This document shows positions 18,015 to 28,011 of a DNA stretch of 34,738 nucleotides, in pieces. How positions within the stretch are numbered: position 1 is the first letter of the stretch; each line of letters starts with the position of its first letter. A program made the position numbers and the translations under genes. This DNA comes from Promethearchaeota archaeon (GTDB taxonomy: Archaea > Asgardarchaeota > Lokiarchaeia > Sigyniarchaeales > SOKP01). Below the pieces are notes generated by a model. That model was not told the origin of the DNA. It searched no databases and saw only the letters and a list, made by a program, of their open reading frames with translations. Location of the stretch: NCBI GenBank assembly GCA_018238625.1, contig JABCSY010000039.1, positions 1-34,738 on the forward strand. Reading direction: 5' to 3'.

Positions 18015-18058
18015 TTAGTCTACAAATTAAAATTTATAAAAAAATATAGTGAATAAAA

Positions 18059-19450
18059 ATGAGTAATGAAGAAAAATCAGAATATTCCAAAAAAAAAGGG
18101 ATATTATTTGGTATCGGACAATTTTCTGATGCCATTGCTTCACAGATGTTTACAATTTACGTTTTCACATTCTACTACGCTGTAGTGGGTTTAGACGTTA
18201 ATCTGATTACGCTTGGATTTATATTATGGTCTATTTGGAACGCCATTAACGATCCTCTGCTAGGTGCTTTATCAGATCGGACGAAAACTAAATGGGGTAG
18301 AAGAACACCATACATAATTGCGTCTATTATCCCATTATGCATTATAATAGTATTATTATGGACACCCCCAACTAGTACACCGATCGCCTCTTTCATATAT
18401 TTCCTAGTTGTTATGGCATTATTTGACACATTCTATACGATGTACGACCTAAACTATTGCGCCTTATTTCCAGAGATGTTTCAAGGTTTAAGCGAAAGGG
18501 CAAAAGCGAGTGCCGTTAAACAAATTTTTACCGTGCTTGGTTTGCTTTTTGCTTTTCTATTGCCTACATTTATAATTACTGATTTAACGGATAGCGCTTA
18601 TATTACTGAATATATGTACGCTGGAATAGTGATGAGCGTTATAGTCTTGGTAGGAGCAATTATAATGATAAAGTTTGGAATAAAAGAAAGAACAGAATTT
18701 TCCGAGGATTACAAAACGGCACCATCGATAATTTCCTCGCTCAAGTTCTCGTTGAAAAACAAATCTTTTAGGATATTTATTATTATGAATGTATCATATT
18801 GGTACGTCGTAGGAATGCTTCCAATGGTCGCGCCCCTTTACGGAAAGTCTGTTTTGGGCATAAGTGATGCAATGCTACTCGGTATATTGCTAGGATTAGC
18901 TTTTATTTCAGCAGCGTTTTTTATGGCATTTTGGCGCTTTATCATTAATAAATTCGGAATGAAAAAGGGAGTTATGATCTCAATGGTTGTTTTCATAGTT
19001 TCTTTAGCCCCGTTTATGTTTATTTTCGATATAGCGACTGCTTTTATCGCGTTTATTTTTGTAGGAATAGGAATTTCAGGGGCAATATATTTTGGAGACA
19101 TCCTTCTTGCGGCAATTATTGACGAAGACGAATTAACAACTGGTACGAGACGAGATGGTGGTTATTACGGCATAAACGCTTTACTTACCAAATTATCTAC
19201 GATTTTAGTAATTCTTAGTATTAATGTTGTTTTCAATAGCGTCGGATGGGCCACCTTTGACCCAGTAGGAACGACTGAATACACAATTTTTGGACTTAGA
19301 AGTTTAATGTTCATTTTTCCCGCTGTTGCGTTAATAATAGGATTAATAGCAATTAGAAAATTCCCGCTAACAAAAGAAAAGTATGAAGACATAAAAGTTA
19401 AGCTTGAAGAACTACACGACCAAAAACGAGAGAAAACTCGTAGTAATTAA
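18059..19450 (+). CDS. MFS transporter, glycoside-pentoside-hexuronide (MelB/GPH) family
   Basis: WNAINDPLLGALSDRTKTKWGRRTPYI, IIDEDELTTGTRRDGGYYG; about 12 TM segments. Confidence 0.95.
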   Translation: MSNEEKSEYSKKKGILFGIGQFSDAIASQMFTIYVFTFYYAVVGLDVNLITLGFILWSIWNAINDPLLGALSDRTKTKWGRRTPYIIASIIPLCIIIVLLWTPPTSTPIASFIYFLVVMALFDTFYTMYDLNYCALFPEMFQGLSERAKASAVKQIFTVLGLLFAFLLPTFIITDLTDSAYITEYMYAGIVMSVIVLVGAIIMIKFGIKERTEFSEDYKTAPSIISSLKFSLKNKSFRIFIIMNVSYWYVVGMLPMVAPLYGKSVLGISDAMLLGILLGLAFISAAFFMAFWRFIINKFGMKKGVMISMVVFIVSLAPFMFIFDIATAFIAFIFVGIGISGAIYFGDILLAAIIDEDELTTGTRRDGGYYGINALLTKLSTILVILSINVVFNSVGWATFDPVGTTEYTIFGLRSLMFIFPAVALIIGLIAIRKFPLTKEKYEDIKVKLEELHDQKREKTRSN

Positions 19451-19460
19451 ACTTTAATTC

Positions 19461-19471
19461 TTTTTTTTTTT
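19461..19471 (+). terminator. Archaeal oligo-T terminator candidate (T11)
   Basis: Run of 11 T starting 10 nt after the MFS stop codon. Confidence 0.55.
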
Positions 19472-19515
19472 CCTATACTAAAACATAAATATTAAAGAAT
19501 AGATTTTTTAAAATT

Positions 19516-20346
19516 ATGAGCTTCGCAAAGATCAACGGTTTAAAATTGTCTTATCAGGTTTACGGAATAGGTTTCCCCGTAATCTTTATTCACGGTTATG
19601 GTGCAAAAAAAGAAATATGGAGAACTCAAGTAGTAGATATAAGTAAAGAATTCCAAACAATTACATTTGACATTCGCGGAACTGGAAAGTCAGATCGACC
19701 TAATATCCCATACACCATGAAAATGCTAGCTGAAGATGTGAAGGGCTTAATGGATTTTATTGGCGTTGAAAAAGTTCATTTAATAGGTCGTTCCTTTGGT
19801 GGAATGATTGCCCAAAATTTTGTACTACAATATCCTGAAAAAGTCGAAAAATTAGTGTTGATCGCTACTAATTTTGGTCGGACTGATACAGATTGGGTCG
19901 AGATTCCAAAAAAAGGGCGCCTTGAGGAGGTTGAGACGATAAAACTTGACCCATCAAAAGCTTTCAAGCAAAAATCGCGTTGGGTCTTTCACGTAAAGTT
20001 CAGAAAAGAGATGGAAGCTAATCCAAGCAAAAAATTCTTCGACATTTTTTCTATGGAAGATTTAATCAGAGAAAGTACAATCAATCCATCAAGACCCCAA
20101 GACATAATCAATCAAGCAGAGGCAATGAAAACACATTATACGCTAGAAAGATTACATGAAATTAAAAATAAAACTCTTTTGATAGCAGCTTCTCACGATC
20201 GACAAACGCCCGTTTCAGTTATGACTGAAATGCTTAAAAAAATCCCTAATAGCGAATTAAAAGTTATAAGTGAAGCAGGTCATTTTATGACGCTTTCAAG
20301 AGCATCGGAAGTTAACGATATAATTCTAAACTTTTTAAAAAATTAA
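19516..20346 (+). CDS. Alpha/beta-fold hydrolase
   Basis: FIHGYG, DIRGTGKS, nucleophile elbow GRSFGG, HDRQTP (Asp), AGHF (His). Confidence 0.95.
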   Translation: MSFAKINGLKLSYQVYGIGFPVIFIHGYGAKKEIWRTQVVDISKEFQTITFDIRGTGKSDRPNIPYTMKMLAEDVKGLMDFIGVEKVHLIGRSFGGMIAQNFVLQYPEKVEKLVLIATNFGRTDTDWVEIPKKGRLEEVETIKLDPSKAFKQKSRWVFHVKFRKEMEANPSKKFFDIFSMEDLIRESTINPSRPQDIINQAEAMKTHYTLERLHEIKNKTLLIAASHDRQTPVSVMTEMLKKIPNSELKVISEAGHFMTLSRASEVNDIILNFLKN

Positions 20347-20459
20347 TATTTCTTAGTTAATCTAATTAATTTTAAAGATTTTTTTCTCTGTTAAACAAAT
20401 AGATTTTTATATCTTTAGAATAAAACTGTTTATTAAACAATTATATTAAAATTAATTTT

Positions 20460-22163
20460 GTGTTTAAAATGAAGGATTATTCAGATTGGGAACCGATTTA
20501 CGATTATGAAAATGAATCTCCGTATCTCGAAAATCACGAACGTCCATGGTTAAAGTATAGGGAGTCAAACATCCCAAAATCGATAAAATTTGACCCTATC
20601 CCGGTTCACGAATTTATTAAATTAGCAGCTAAACAATTCCCTAATAACGTGTGTGTTTATCACTTAGCAACTGATAAAAAATACACTTATCGCGAATTAA
20701 TTTATATTTCTGATAGATTAGCAAACGCTTTGGTACAATCGGGAGTAAAGAAGGGAGATCAAGTTGGAATTATGACAGGTAATTGTCCTGAATTTTTGTT
20801 TTGCGTTCTGGGTATAATGGAAACGGGAGCTATAGTAGTACCAATCAATCCCCTACTTAAAGAAGGCGACGTTGCTCACATTGTTAAAGAATCTGGAAAT
20901 ATGAATACGGTATTTGTGCATAAAGCGAACTTTAGAACTATAAAAAAGGTTCAAAAGAAAATAAAATTAGAAAATGTAATATTACTGCAAGCGGAAGCAG
21001 CTAAAGAAGGTACTATAACTTTCGAGGAATTTATAGAAGGTATAGCCCCAATCCAGCCAGATATAGAAATTGACCCCTCTAACGATCTAGCTGCATTATT
21101 GTTTACTGGGGGTACTACGGGATTACCAAAAGGGGTTATGTTAACTCATACTAATTTCGTTTCTTGTGCGCTTTCAACTCTGTTAATGGCAGGAGAAACA
21201 GAAGAAAGTGAGAGTACTTTTGGTAAAACCGTTAATTTATCAGTTATACCTTTATGTCATTCTTTTGGTTTTCTAGTTTTGATAGCAGCTTCTTTTGGAG
21301 CGGCCATGCTTGTAATGTTTCCCTCATTCAACGCTCCTGATATTCTAGAAGCAATTGAATATTATCGAGTTACTAATTACATTGGGGTTCCTGTTATGTA
21401 TCAAATGTTAATAAACTCCCCTGATTTTACAGAGCGAGACCTTTCTAGCCTTGAAGAAGCAAACTCTGGTTCGGCAGCTTTAGCTCCTGAATTGGCTAAA
21501 AAATGGGAAAAAACTGTTGGTACTAAAGTAGGTCAAGGTTTTGGCTTAACTGAAACATCGCCAATTACACATATAGCAGCAAAGTGGATGCCTGAAATTA
21601 TATCAAAGAGCATAGGCGTACCCATCATTGATACGGATGCAAAGATTGTTAATCCCGAAACCTTAGAAGAACTTAAACCGAACGAGATTGGGGAATTATT
21701 GATAAAAGGACCTCAAGTAATGAAAGGATACTGGAAAAGCCCCGAGGAAACTAATAAAACTATAAAAGACGGTTGGTTAAGGACGGGAGACCTCGCAAGG
21801 ATGGATGACCGAGGATATTTCTATATCGAAGGCCGAACTAAAGATATAATTAAATATAAAGGATACAAGGTTATGCCCCGAGAAGTCGAAGAAAAATTGT
21901 ACGAACACCCAGCTATTTTAGAGGCTGGAGTTGTATCCGCTCCAGACCCAAACATCGGCGAAACAATTAAAGCGTATGTAGTGTTAAAACCAGAATACAA
22001 AGATGGAAAAATTACTGAGCGAGATATTCTTGAATGGGCCAAAGAACGGTTAGCAGGATATAAATATCCTCGTAAAATTGAGTTTATAAATGTTTTACCA
22101 AGAACTACTGTAGGAAAAATATTCAGACGAAAATTAAGAGAAAGAGCCTTCAAAGAAAATTAA
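20460..22163 (+). CDS. fadD: Long-chain fatty acid--CoA ligase (AMP-binding, FadD-like)
   Basis: FTGGTTGLPKG, GFGLTETSP, GPQVMKGYW, WLRTGDL, GRTKD, LPRTTVGK. Confidence 0.92.
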   Translation: MFKMKDYSDWEPIYDYENESPYLENHERPWLKYRESNIPKSIKFDPIPVHEFIKLAAKQFPNNVCVYHLATDKKYTYRELIYISDRLANALVQSGVKKGDQVGIMTGNCPEFLFCVLGIMETGAIVVPINPLLKEGDVAHIVKESGNMNTVFVHKANFRTIKKVQKKIKLENVILLQAEAAKEGTITFEEFIEGIAPIQPDIEIDPSNDLAALLFTGGTTGLPKGVMLTHTNFVSCALSTLLMAGETEESESTFGKTVNLSVIPLCHSFGFLVLIAASFGAAMLVMFPSFNAPDILEAIEYYRVTNYIGVPVMYQMLINSPDFTERDLSSLEEANSGSAALAPELAKKWEKTVGTKVGQGFGLTETSPITHIAAKWMPEIISKSIGVPIIDTDAKIVNPETLEELKPNEIGELLIKGPQVMKGYWKSPEETNKTIKDGWLRTGDLARMDDRGYFYIEGRTKDIIKYKGYKVMPREVEEKLYEHPAILEAGVVSAPDPNIGETIKAYVVLKPEYKDGKITERDILEWAKERLAGYKYPRKIEFINVLPRTTVGKIFRRKLRERAFKEN

Positions 22164-22287
22164 GATAAAAAAAATATTTTAAATTATTTAACACACTTTT
22201 TTTAATTAAATTCATCAGTAATTTATGTTTATATATAACGTTAGCATAATTTACTTTAATAAGTTAAGATAAATTTAGGCGAAAAAT

Positions 22288-23703
22288 ATGAATAAAGAAG
22301 ATATTTGTTTTATGTCCGCTTGCGATATGGTTGATGCGATAAAAAACCAAGAACTAACATCCGAAGAAATAACCGAAACAATTATTGAAAGAATTGAGAA
22401 AATAAACCCAATTATTAACGCGTATTGTACTCCTACTTTCGATTTGGCAAGAGAGATGGCGAAAAAAGCCGACGATGCGGCTAAAAAAGGTGCCAAATTA
22501 GGTAAATTGAACGGTGTTCCAACATCAATTAAAGATCTTGCAATGACTAAGGGAATTAGAACGACTTTTGGATCGAAAATATACGAACATTTTATCCCAG
22601 ATGAAGATGTTACTTATGTAAAAAGACTTAGAGAGGCAGGTTGTGTTATTCTAGGAAAAACTAACACCCCAGAATTTGGGTTTAAAGGAGCTACAGATAA
22701 TCTAATTTTTGGTATCACACGCAATCCATGGAATCTAAAAAAGACTTCTGGAGGATCGAGTGGCGGGGCTGCTGCCTCAGTCGCTTCTGGGATGGGGCCA
22801 TTAGCGCAAGGGTCCGATGGAGGGGGCTCTATTAGGCATCCCGCTGGTTTTTGCGGAGTATATGGCATTAAACCAAGTTTTGGTCGAGTAGCTATATATC
22901 CTAGAAAAACACTTATGGCTCAAACTTTATCTGTTGCTGGGCCTATTGTAAGATATGTAAAAGACGCGGCGCTGATGTTGGATGTTATGAAAGGCTTTTA
23001 CGAAGGAGACAGATTTTCAATACCATCAGATAATATCAAATATTTAGAGTTAATGAACGAAAAACCTGAAAAATTAAAAATTGGCTAAACCTTAGACTTA
23101 GGCTTCGCGAAAGTTATTGACCCTGAAGTAGAAAACTCAATATTAAATTCGATAACTAAATTTGAGGAATTTGGTTGGAGTATTGAAAAAGTCAAAATGA
23201 AGTTAAAACCTGAAATGCCATTTTATACTTTTTGGATTTCAATGCTTGCTTATGATTTGAAACAAAAATTAAAAGAATGGGAAGACAAAATGGATCCCGA
23301 TATAGTAAAAATGGTCAAAGGAGGATTAGGATACGATGGGATGGCGCTACCAAAAGCGTTCGCTGCTCGTAACAAAGTACATGATATAATTTTCAAAATT
23401 TTTCAAGAATTCGATATTTTAATAACCCCTACAACGGCTGTTCCAGCTTTTGATTTAGGTATAATGTTTCCCAAAAAAATTAACAACATTAATGTTTCAC
23501 CCACAGGTTGGCAACCATTTTCGTTCCCTTTCAATTTATCAGGAAACCCCGCCGCAACGATTCCATGTGGATGGTCTAGCGAGGGATTACCTATCGGGAT
23601 GCAGATTGTCGGAAGAAGATTTGACGATTTAAAAGTGTTACAAGTTTCAAAAGCTTTTGAAGAAATAGCACCTTGGCAAGATAAAAAGCCTAACTTTGAT
23701 TAA
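22288..23703 (+). pseudogene. Amidase-signature family enzyme interrupted by one in-frame TAA at 23086-23088 (471 codons if repaired)
   Basis: Track ORFs 22288-23088 and 23197-23703 are in the same frame, and the gap reads KLKIG*TLDLGFAKVIDPEV... with no other stop. SIKD, GGSSGG and GSDGGGSIR catalytic motifs are intact. Confidence 0.9.
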
Positions 23704-23775
23704 TTTAATTTATTTCTCTTTTTTATTTTCATTTTAAACAAAATTTTTTACATCTAATTAATTTGATAATCACGG

Positions 23776-24162
23776 CTAAATTTCCCGGATTTTTGCATAG
23801 ATAAAAGTTTCAAATACTGCCATTACAAGCCAAGACAAGCTAAGGATTAAAAATAGTGCATTTCCGTATGGATCTAAGATGAAAAATAAAAAATGAGCCA
23901 CACATACAATATATCCAAGAATTAAAGCAATCAGATAGAGATTATTATCTTTCCTTACTTTAAGATGGGTTAATTTCCCCTTTAAGAGGAGAATTGTTGT
24001 GCTTACTCCTATAATCAAAATAGTAATGGATACGAAGAAACCAAATCCGTCAACAATAATGAATGTGTAAAAAAAAAAACCAAAAATGCTAATGATGATC
24101 AATAAATAAGAAAAGATCAGTTTTTCTTTTTTTATTAGGATTTTTTCTTTAGATTTATTCAT
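23776..24162 (-). CDS. Small four-TM membrane protein (likely start ATG 24162, 128 aa)
   Basis: Four hydrophobic segments after MNKSKEK. AG-rich AGAGAGAAG upstream of 24162; the longer track start runs through AT-rich promoter-like DNA. Confidence 0.7.
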   Translation of the reverse strand: MNKSKEKILIKKEKLIFSYLLIIISIFGFFFYTFIIVDGFGFFVSITILIIGVSTTILLLKGKLTHLKVRKDNNLYLIALILGYIVCVAHFLFFILDPYGNALFLILSLSWLVMAVFETFIYAKIREI

Positions 24163-24289
24163 AATATTTCTTCTCTCTAACCAAAAATAAATTTCGCTAT
24201 TAAAAATTAATCGCCTTAAATATTTAAATGTTAGTTTACATCTAATTAATTTACTAATCATGACTTAACTCAACAAAAGCGACAATAAT

Positions 24290-25132
24290 ATGAATAAGAA
24301 ACTTCTAAAAAATAATATATCCACTTTCCAAGAAACTCAAGTAGCAGAAGAATACCGCAACTTAAACTTTTCAATTGTTCTAATTCAACCAGAACACGCT
24401 GCTAATATCGGAGCTATAGCCCGAGTAATGAAAAATTTTAACTTTAAAAGATTAGTAATTTTTAGCCCAATCGAAAAAACAGATAAAATAAAAAGCTATA
24501 AAACTCAAGGGTACGCCATGCACGGTAAAGATGTTTTGTTTAACTCTGAAATTATAACTATCAATGACAAAAAAGATTATCTAACCAAATATAAAGAATT
24601 AATGGAGCGATTTGATTTAGTAATCGCTACTACGGCAAAAGGAAAGCATTTTAGGAACATCAGGAGGCTATCTATCTTCCCAAACGATCTAACCCTACCA
24701 ATCTCTGAGAATCCACTACAAATTGCTTTAGTTTTTGGAAAGGAATCGCATGGACTAACGAACGAAGAGATTGAAGTTGCTGACATCTTGTTGAGGGTCC
24801 CTACTAGCAATTCCTATCCTACTTTAAACCTTTCTCAAGCGTGTGGCATAATTTTATACGAGATTTTCAAAAAAATTAATATTATTAATATTGGTCGAGG
24901 AGTAAAACCCGTTTTGTTGGCAAATAAGAACGAGAAGCATGTGCTTTACGATATTATCAATCAATTAATTGCGAAACTGAAAATACGCACACATAAAAAA
25001 GAGAACGTTTTCTTCGCATTTAAAAACGTATTTGAAAGGGCTTTTATATCTAGGAAAGAAATAAGCCTTATATTAAGCGTATTCTCAAAATTAGATTCCT
25101 TAATAAAAAAGAGAAAATTATATAAAAATTAA
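24290..25132 (+). CDS. trmJ: tRNA 2'-O-methyltransferase, TrmJ/LasT SPOUT family
   Basis: IVLIQPEHAANIGAIARVMKNF, ALVFGKESHGLTNEE, YPTLNLSQA. Confidence 0.92.
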   Translation: MNKKLLKNNISTFQETQVAEEYRNLNFSIVLIQPEHAANIGAIARVMKNFNFKRLVIFSPIEKTDKIKSYKTQGYAMHGKDVLFNSEIITINDKKDYLTKYKELMERFDLVIATTAKGKHFRNIRRLSIFPNDLTLPISENPLQIALVFGKESHGLTNEEIEVADILLRVPTSNSYPTLNLSQACGIILYEIFKKINIINIGRGVKPVLLANKNEKHVLYDIINQLIAKLKIRTHKKENVFFAFKNVFERAFISRKEISLILSVFSKLDSLIKKRKLYKN

Positions 25133-25136
25133 GATT

Positions 25137-25355
25137 TCATAACGCTCTATAGTGTCGGGGCTTTTTGCTAGAATTTACTCGAATTTTATCGGGCATATCA
25201 TTCACAATTCTTCTAATAACTTTGGCGAGAGCATTATGAGTCTCATAACCCATAGCACTTGCCCATTCACTGGCTGTAGAAACGCCCAATTCCTTCAATT
25301 TATCCAAACACATTTGTTCATAAGTTCTGGGAACTACTCTTTTTAATTTTAACGT
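25137..25355 (-). CDS. Small basic HTH/winged-helix-like protein missed by the ORF track; 72 aa from ACG 25355 or 58 aa from ATG 25313
   Basis: (T/M)LKLKRVVPRTYEQMCLDKLKELGVSTASEWASAMGYETHNALAKVIRRIVNDMPDKIRVNSSKKPRHYRAL. Coding-like composition; GAGGT 8 nt before the ACG. Confidence 0.75.
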   Translation of the reverse strand, partial: TLKLKRVVPRTYEQMCLDKLKELGVSTASEWASAMGYETHNALAKVIRRIVNDMPDKIRVNSSKKPRHYRAL

Positions 25356-25512
25356 TTTTTTCTACCTCACTTTTTAGTTATCTTATTTTTTTGTTTATAG
25401 AAAATTGCGAAAATTTTTATCCCACCGCAATCTTCTTTTTTTCCACTAAATTTTCTTATCGAATAAAAGTTAGAAGAAAGGCTATTTAAAGAATGATGTT
25501 GCTCATTTGTAA

Positions 25513-25550
25513 ACGAATACATGTTTTTTGTAATAGGATTTTAGTTGACC
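25513..25550 (-). repeat. 38-bp element, copy 1 (minus strand GGTCAACTAAAATCCTATTACAAAAAACATGTATTCGT)
   Basis: 32/38 identical, ungapped, to 28012-28049 in inverted orientation; last 23 nt 22/23 identical. Confidence 0.85.
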
Positions 25551-25761
25551 AATTACATTCTTTAAAGACTGATGTGGTTGATATATTGCTATAATTATAT
25601 TCTTTTTGACAAATTAGTATTTAAATTGAAGCAGACTATCAATGATTTTAACTAGCATAGGAAATATTGAAATATTAAACTATTAAACTATCTAACTATA
25701 AGTTTTTATTTTGATTAGAATAGTTTTACAAATTATACTTCAATTTGAAAGATAAAAAAAA

Positions 25762-27903
25762 ATGTCTCAAAAAAAAAATCCAGCTGAAGAATTCGTATTT
25801 GAATTTTTTGACGACGATTACGCTGAATCTTTAGAAAAAAAAGGACCCGAGATTATCGAGAAATATAATGATATCGATTTTGAGGGCGATTTAAACGAAG
25901 AGCAGCTCGAAATAGTTAATAACATTAAAGGTCCGATGTTAATAATAGCGGGAGCAGGTTCGGGTAAGACGAGAACTATTGTTTATTCGGTCGCTAAATT
26001 ATTAGTGTCTGGAGTGAAACCTAGCGAGATAATGCTTGTCACCTTTACAAATAAAGCCGCTAAGGAAATGATTAAACGGGTAGAAATCCTCTTGGGTAAG
26101 CGTCCAAAAGGTATATGGGCTGGAACATTTCATTCCATGGGAAATCGATTTTTAAGAAAGTACGCTAAAACGCTAGGTCTTAAGCCAAACTTTACGATTA
26201 TGGACCAAACTGATTCGAAAGGCTTGATGAAACTATCGATTAATCAAGCAAATGTAAAAGAGTTTGAAGAAAGGTTTCCTAGTTCCGCAGTTGCTAAAAG
26301 TATTTTATCTTTTTCAATTAATTGTAACAAATCTATTCGCGAAGTTATACTTTGGAAATATCCGCAATTTGACAAAGATCAAATTATTACAAAATTAAAA
26401 GAAGTGTTGAACGTCTACAAAACCAAAAAAGCACGCGATAATTTAGTAGATTTTGACGACCTACTAGTTTTTTGGAATAGGCTATTAGACGAAAGGATGG
26501 TTGCTAAATCAATCGCTCAACGCATTAAATATGTGCTAGTTGACGAATACCAAGATACTAATTATATTCAAGACGAAATTATTAGCAAAATCGTAAAAGA
26601 AAATCCTAACCAAAATGTTATGGCCGTAGGAGATGACGCTCAGAGTATTTACGCGTTTCGAGGTGCTAACTTTGAAAACATTTTAAATTTTGAAAATAAA
26701 TACAAGGATTGCAAAAGATACGTTATAACTTGCAACTACAGGAGCGTCCCTCAAATTCTCGACTTGGCGAACGATTCAATAAGACATAACAAAAAGCAGC
26801 ACACGAAAAACATGAACCCCGTCCGCTCTGAGGGGGACTCCCCATTTCAGGTAAATGTAGAAGATGAATGGGAGCAAGCACGCTTTATTTCTAATCAAAT
26901 ACTAAAATTACATACTGATGATTATAAATTTTCAGAAATGGCGGTTCTTTGCCGAGCTAGTTTCCATTTATTGCAAATCGAATTAGAATTACAAGCTAAA
27001 AACATCCCATACGAAGTGAGAGCAGGAGTTGCGTTTTTTGAAAAAGCCCACATTAAAGATTTATTGGCTCATTTGCGTATTATCGAAAATCCTTACGACG
27101 AAATTGCGTGGTCGCGTGTTTTTTCTATAGTCCCTGGAATTGGGGGCGCTTCAGCAGAAAAAATATTTCTTTCAATATCAAACACCAGTAACCCCCTCGA
27201 AACATTATTGAATAAATCTTTTTTTACTTTAAAAATGAAAGGAGCTCGAATTCCAGAAAAAGGAAGGAAAAAATTAATCTTACACGCAAAAAACTTGAGG
27301 GATTTTACTTCTCAAGATGTTCCTGAAGAAATCATAAAAAGTTTAGTGAAAATTTTAGAGGATTATATTAGATCTAAATACGAAAATTGGCAAGAAAGAA
27401 TAGACGATTTGACTCAGCTTGGAGTTTACGCTCAGAAATATCCAACAATTCGGAAACTTTTAGAAACTCTTAGTCTAAATGTGTCTTCTCTTGAATCGAA
27501 ATCCATACGAATGGGCATTCAATCAGAAGACGAAAAACCGTTAGTTCTTTCTACAATCCACCGCGCTAAAGGTCTTGAATGGCGAGTAGTGTTTATTCCT
27601 ATGCTGTGCGAAGATTTCTTTCCTTCAAGTCGAGTTGTAGGAGACGCCGATGCCTACGAGGAAGAACGGAGGGTCTTTTACGTTGCCGCAACAAGAGCGA
27701 AAGACCAATTGTATATGGTATCACCCTCTATGGTTAGAACGTATAGAGGTTATCAAACGAGTAGATTATCACAATTTATAACTGAACTTAATCCAAATGT
27801 GTATCAGAAATCCTCGGTTCAATTTAAATCTACAAATGAAAAAAACAAAAGAAAAAATGCAAAATCAAATTTTACAAGCGCTTTCGACATTTATGAAAAA
27901 TAA
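25762..27903 (+). CDS. uvrD: ATP-dependent DNA helicase, UvrD/PcrA/Rep (SF1A)
   Basis: AGAGSGKT, TFTNKAA, GTFHS, LVDEYQD, VGDDAQSIYAFRGA, NYRS, STIHRAKGLEW, EERRVFYVAATRAK. Confidence 0.96.
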   Translation: MSQKKNPAEEFVFEFFDDDYAESLEKKGPEIIEKYNDIDFEGDLNEEQLEIVNNIKGPMLIIAGAGSGKTRTIVYSVAKLLVSGVKPSEIMLVTFTNKAAKEMIKRVEILLGKRPKGIWAGTFHSMGNRFLRKYAKTLGLKPNFTIMDQTDSKGLMKLSINQANVKEFEERFPSSAVAKSILSFSINCNKSIREVILWKYPQFDKDQIITKLKEVLNVYKTKKARDNLVDFDDLLVFWNRLLDERMVAKSIAQRIKYVLVDEYQDTNYIQDEIISKIVKENPNQNVMAVGDDAQSIYAFRGANFENILNFENKYKDCKRYVITCNYRSVPQILDLANDSIRHNKKQHTKNMNPVRSEGDSPFQVNVEDEWEQARFISNQILKLHTDDYKFSEMAVLCRASFHLLQIELELQAKNIPYEVRAGVAFFEKAHIKDLLAHLRIIENPYDEIAWSRVFSIVPGIGGASAEKIFLSISNTSNPLETLLNKSFFTLKMKGARIPEKGRKKLILHAKNLRDFTSQDVPEEIIKSLVKILEDYIRSKYENWQERIDDLTQLGVYAQKYPTIRKLLETLSLNVSSLESKSIRMGIQSEDEKPLVLSTIHRAKGLEWRVVFIPMLCEDFFPSSRVVGDADAYEEERRVFYVAATRAKDQLYMVSPSMVRTYRGYQTSRLSQFITELNPNVYQKSSVQFKSTNEKNKRKNAKSNFTSAFDIYEK

Positions 27904-28011
27904 ACCCCTTCTTAAAAAATCTTAAAAACCTCAAAGCCTTTTGCGCTAAATTCTTGTCAGGTTTCTAATAATACCTAATTTGGCATTAATTATAAAAAAT
28001 ACTTTTATTTA

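Noticed and set aside
23086-23200. Selenocysteine or pyrrolysine readthrough in the amidase
   Set aside because: The codon is TAA, not TGA or TAG, the position is non-catalytic, and I see no SECIS-like hairpin.
22288-23703. gatA assignment for the amidase
   Set aside because: No gatB/gatC neighbours and a catabolic gene context; a general amidase is the safer call.
25152-25346. 64-aa plus-strand ORF
   Set aside because: The minus-strand frame 25137-25355 has an SD site and an HTH-like sequence; this ORF is its shadow.
25367-25522. 51-codon minus-strand ORF starting inside the 38-bp element
   Set aside because: Not called as a gene: it spans a TATA-like box and A-runs, and the equivalent ATG in copy 2 opens only 8 codons. 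Kept only as a possible coupling element.
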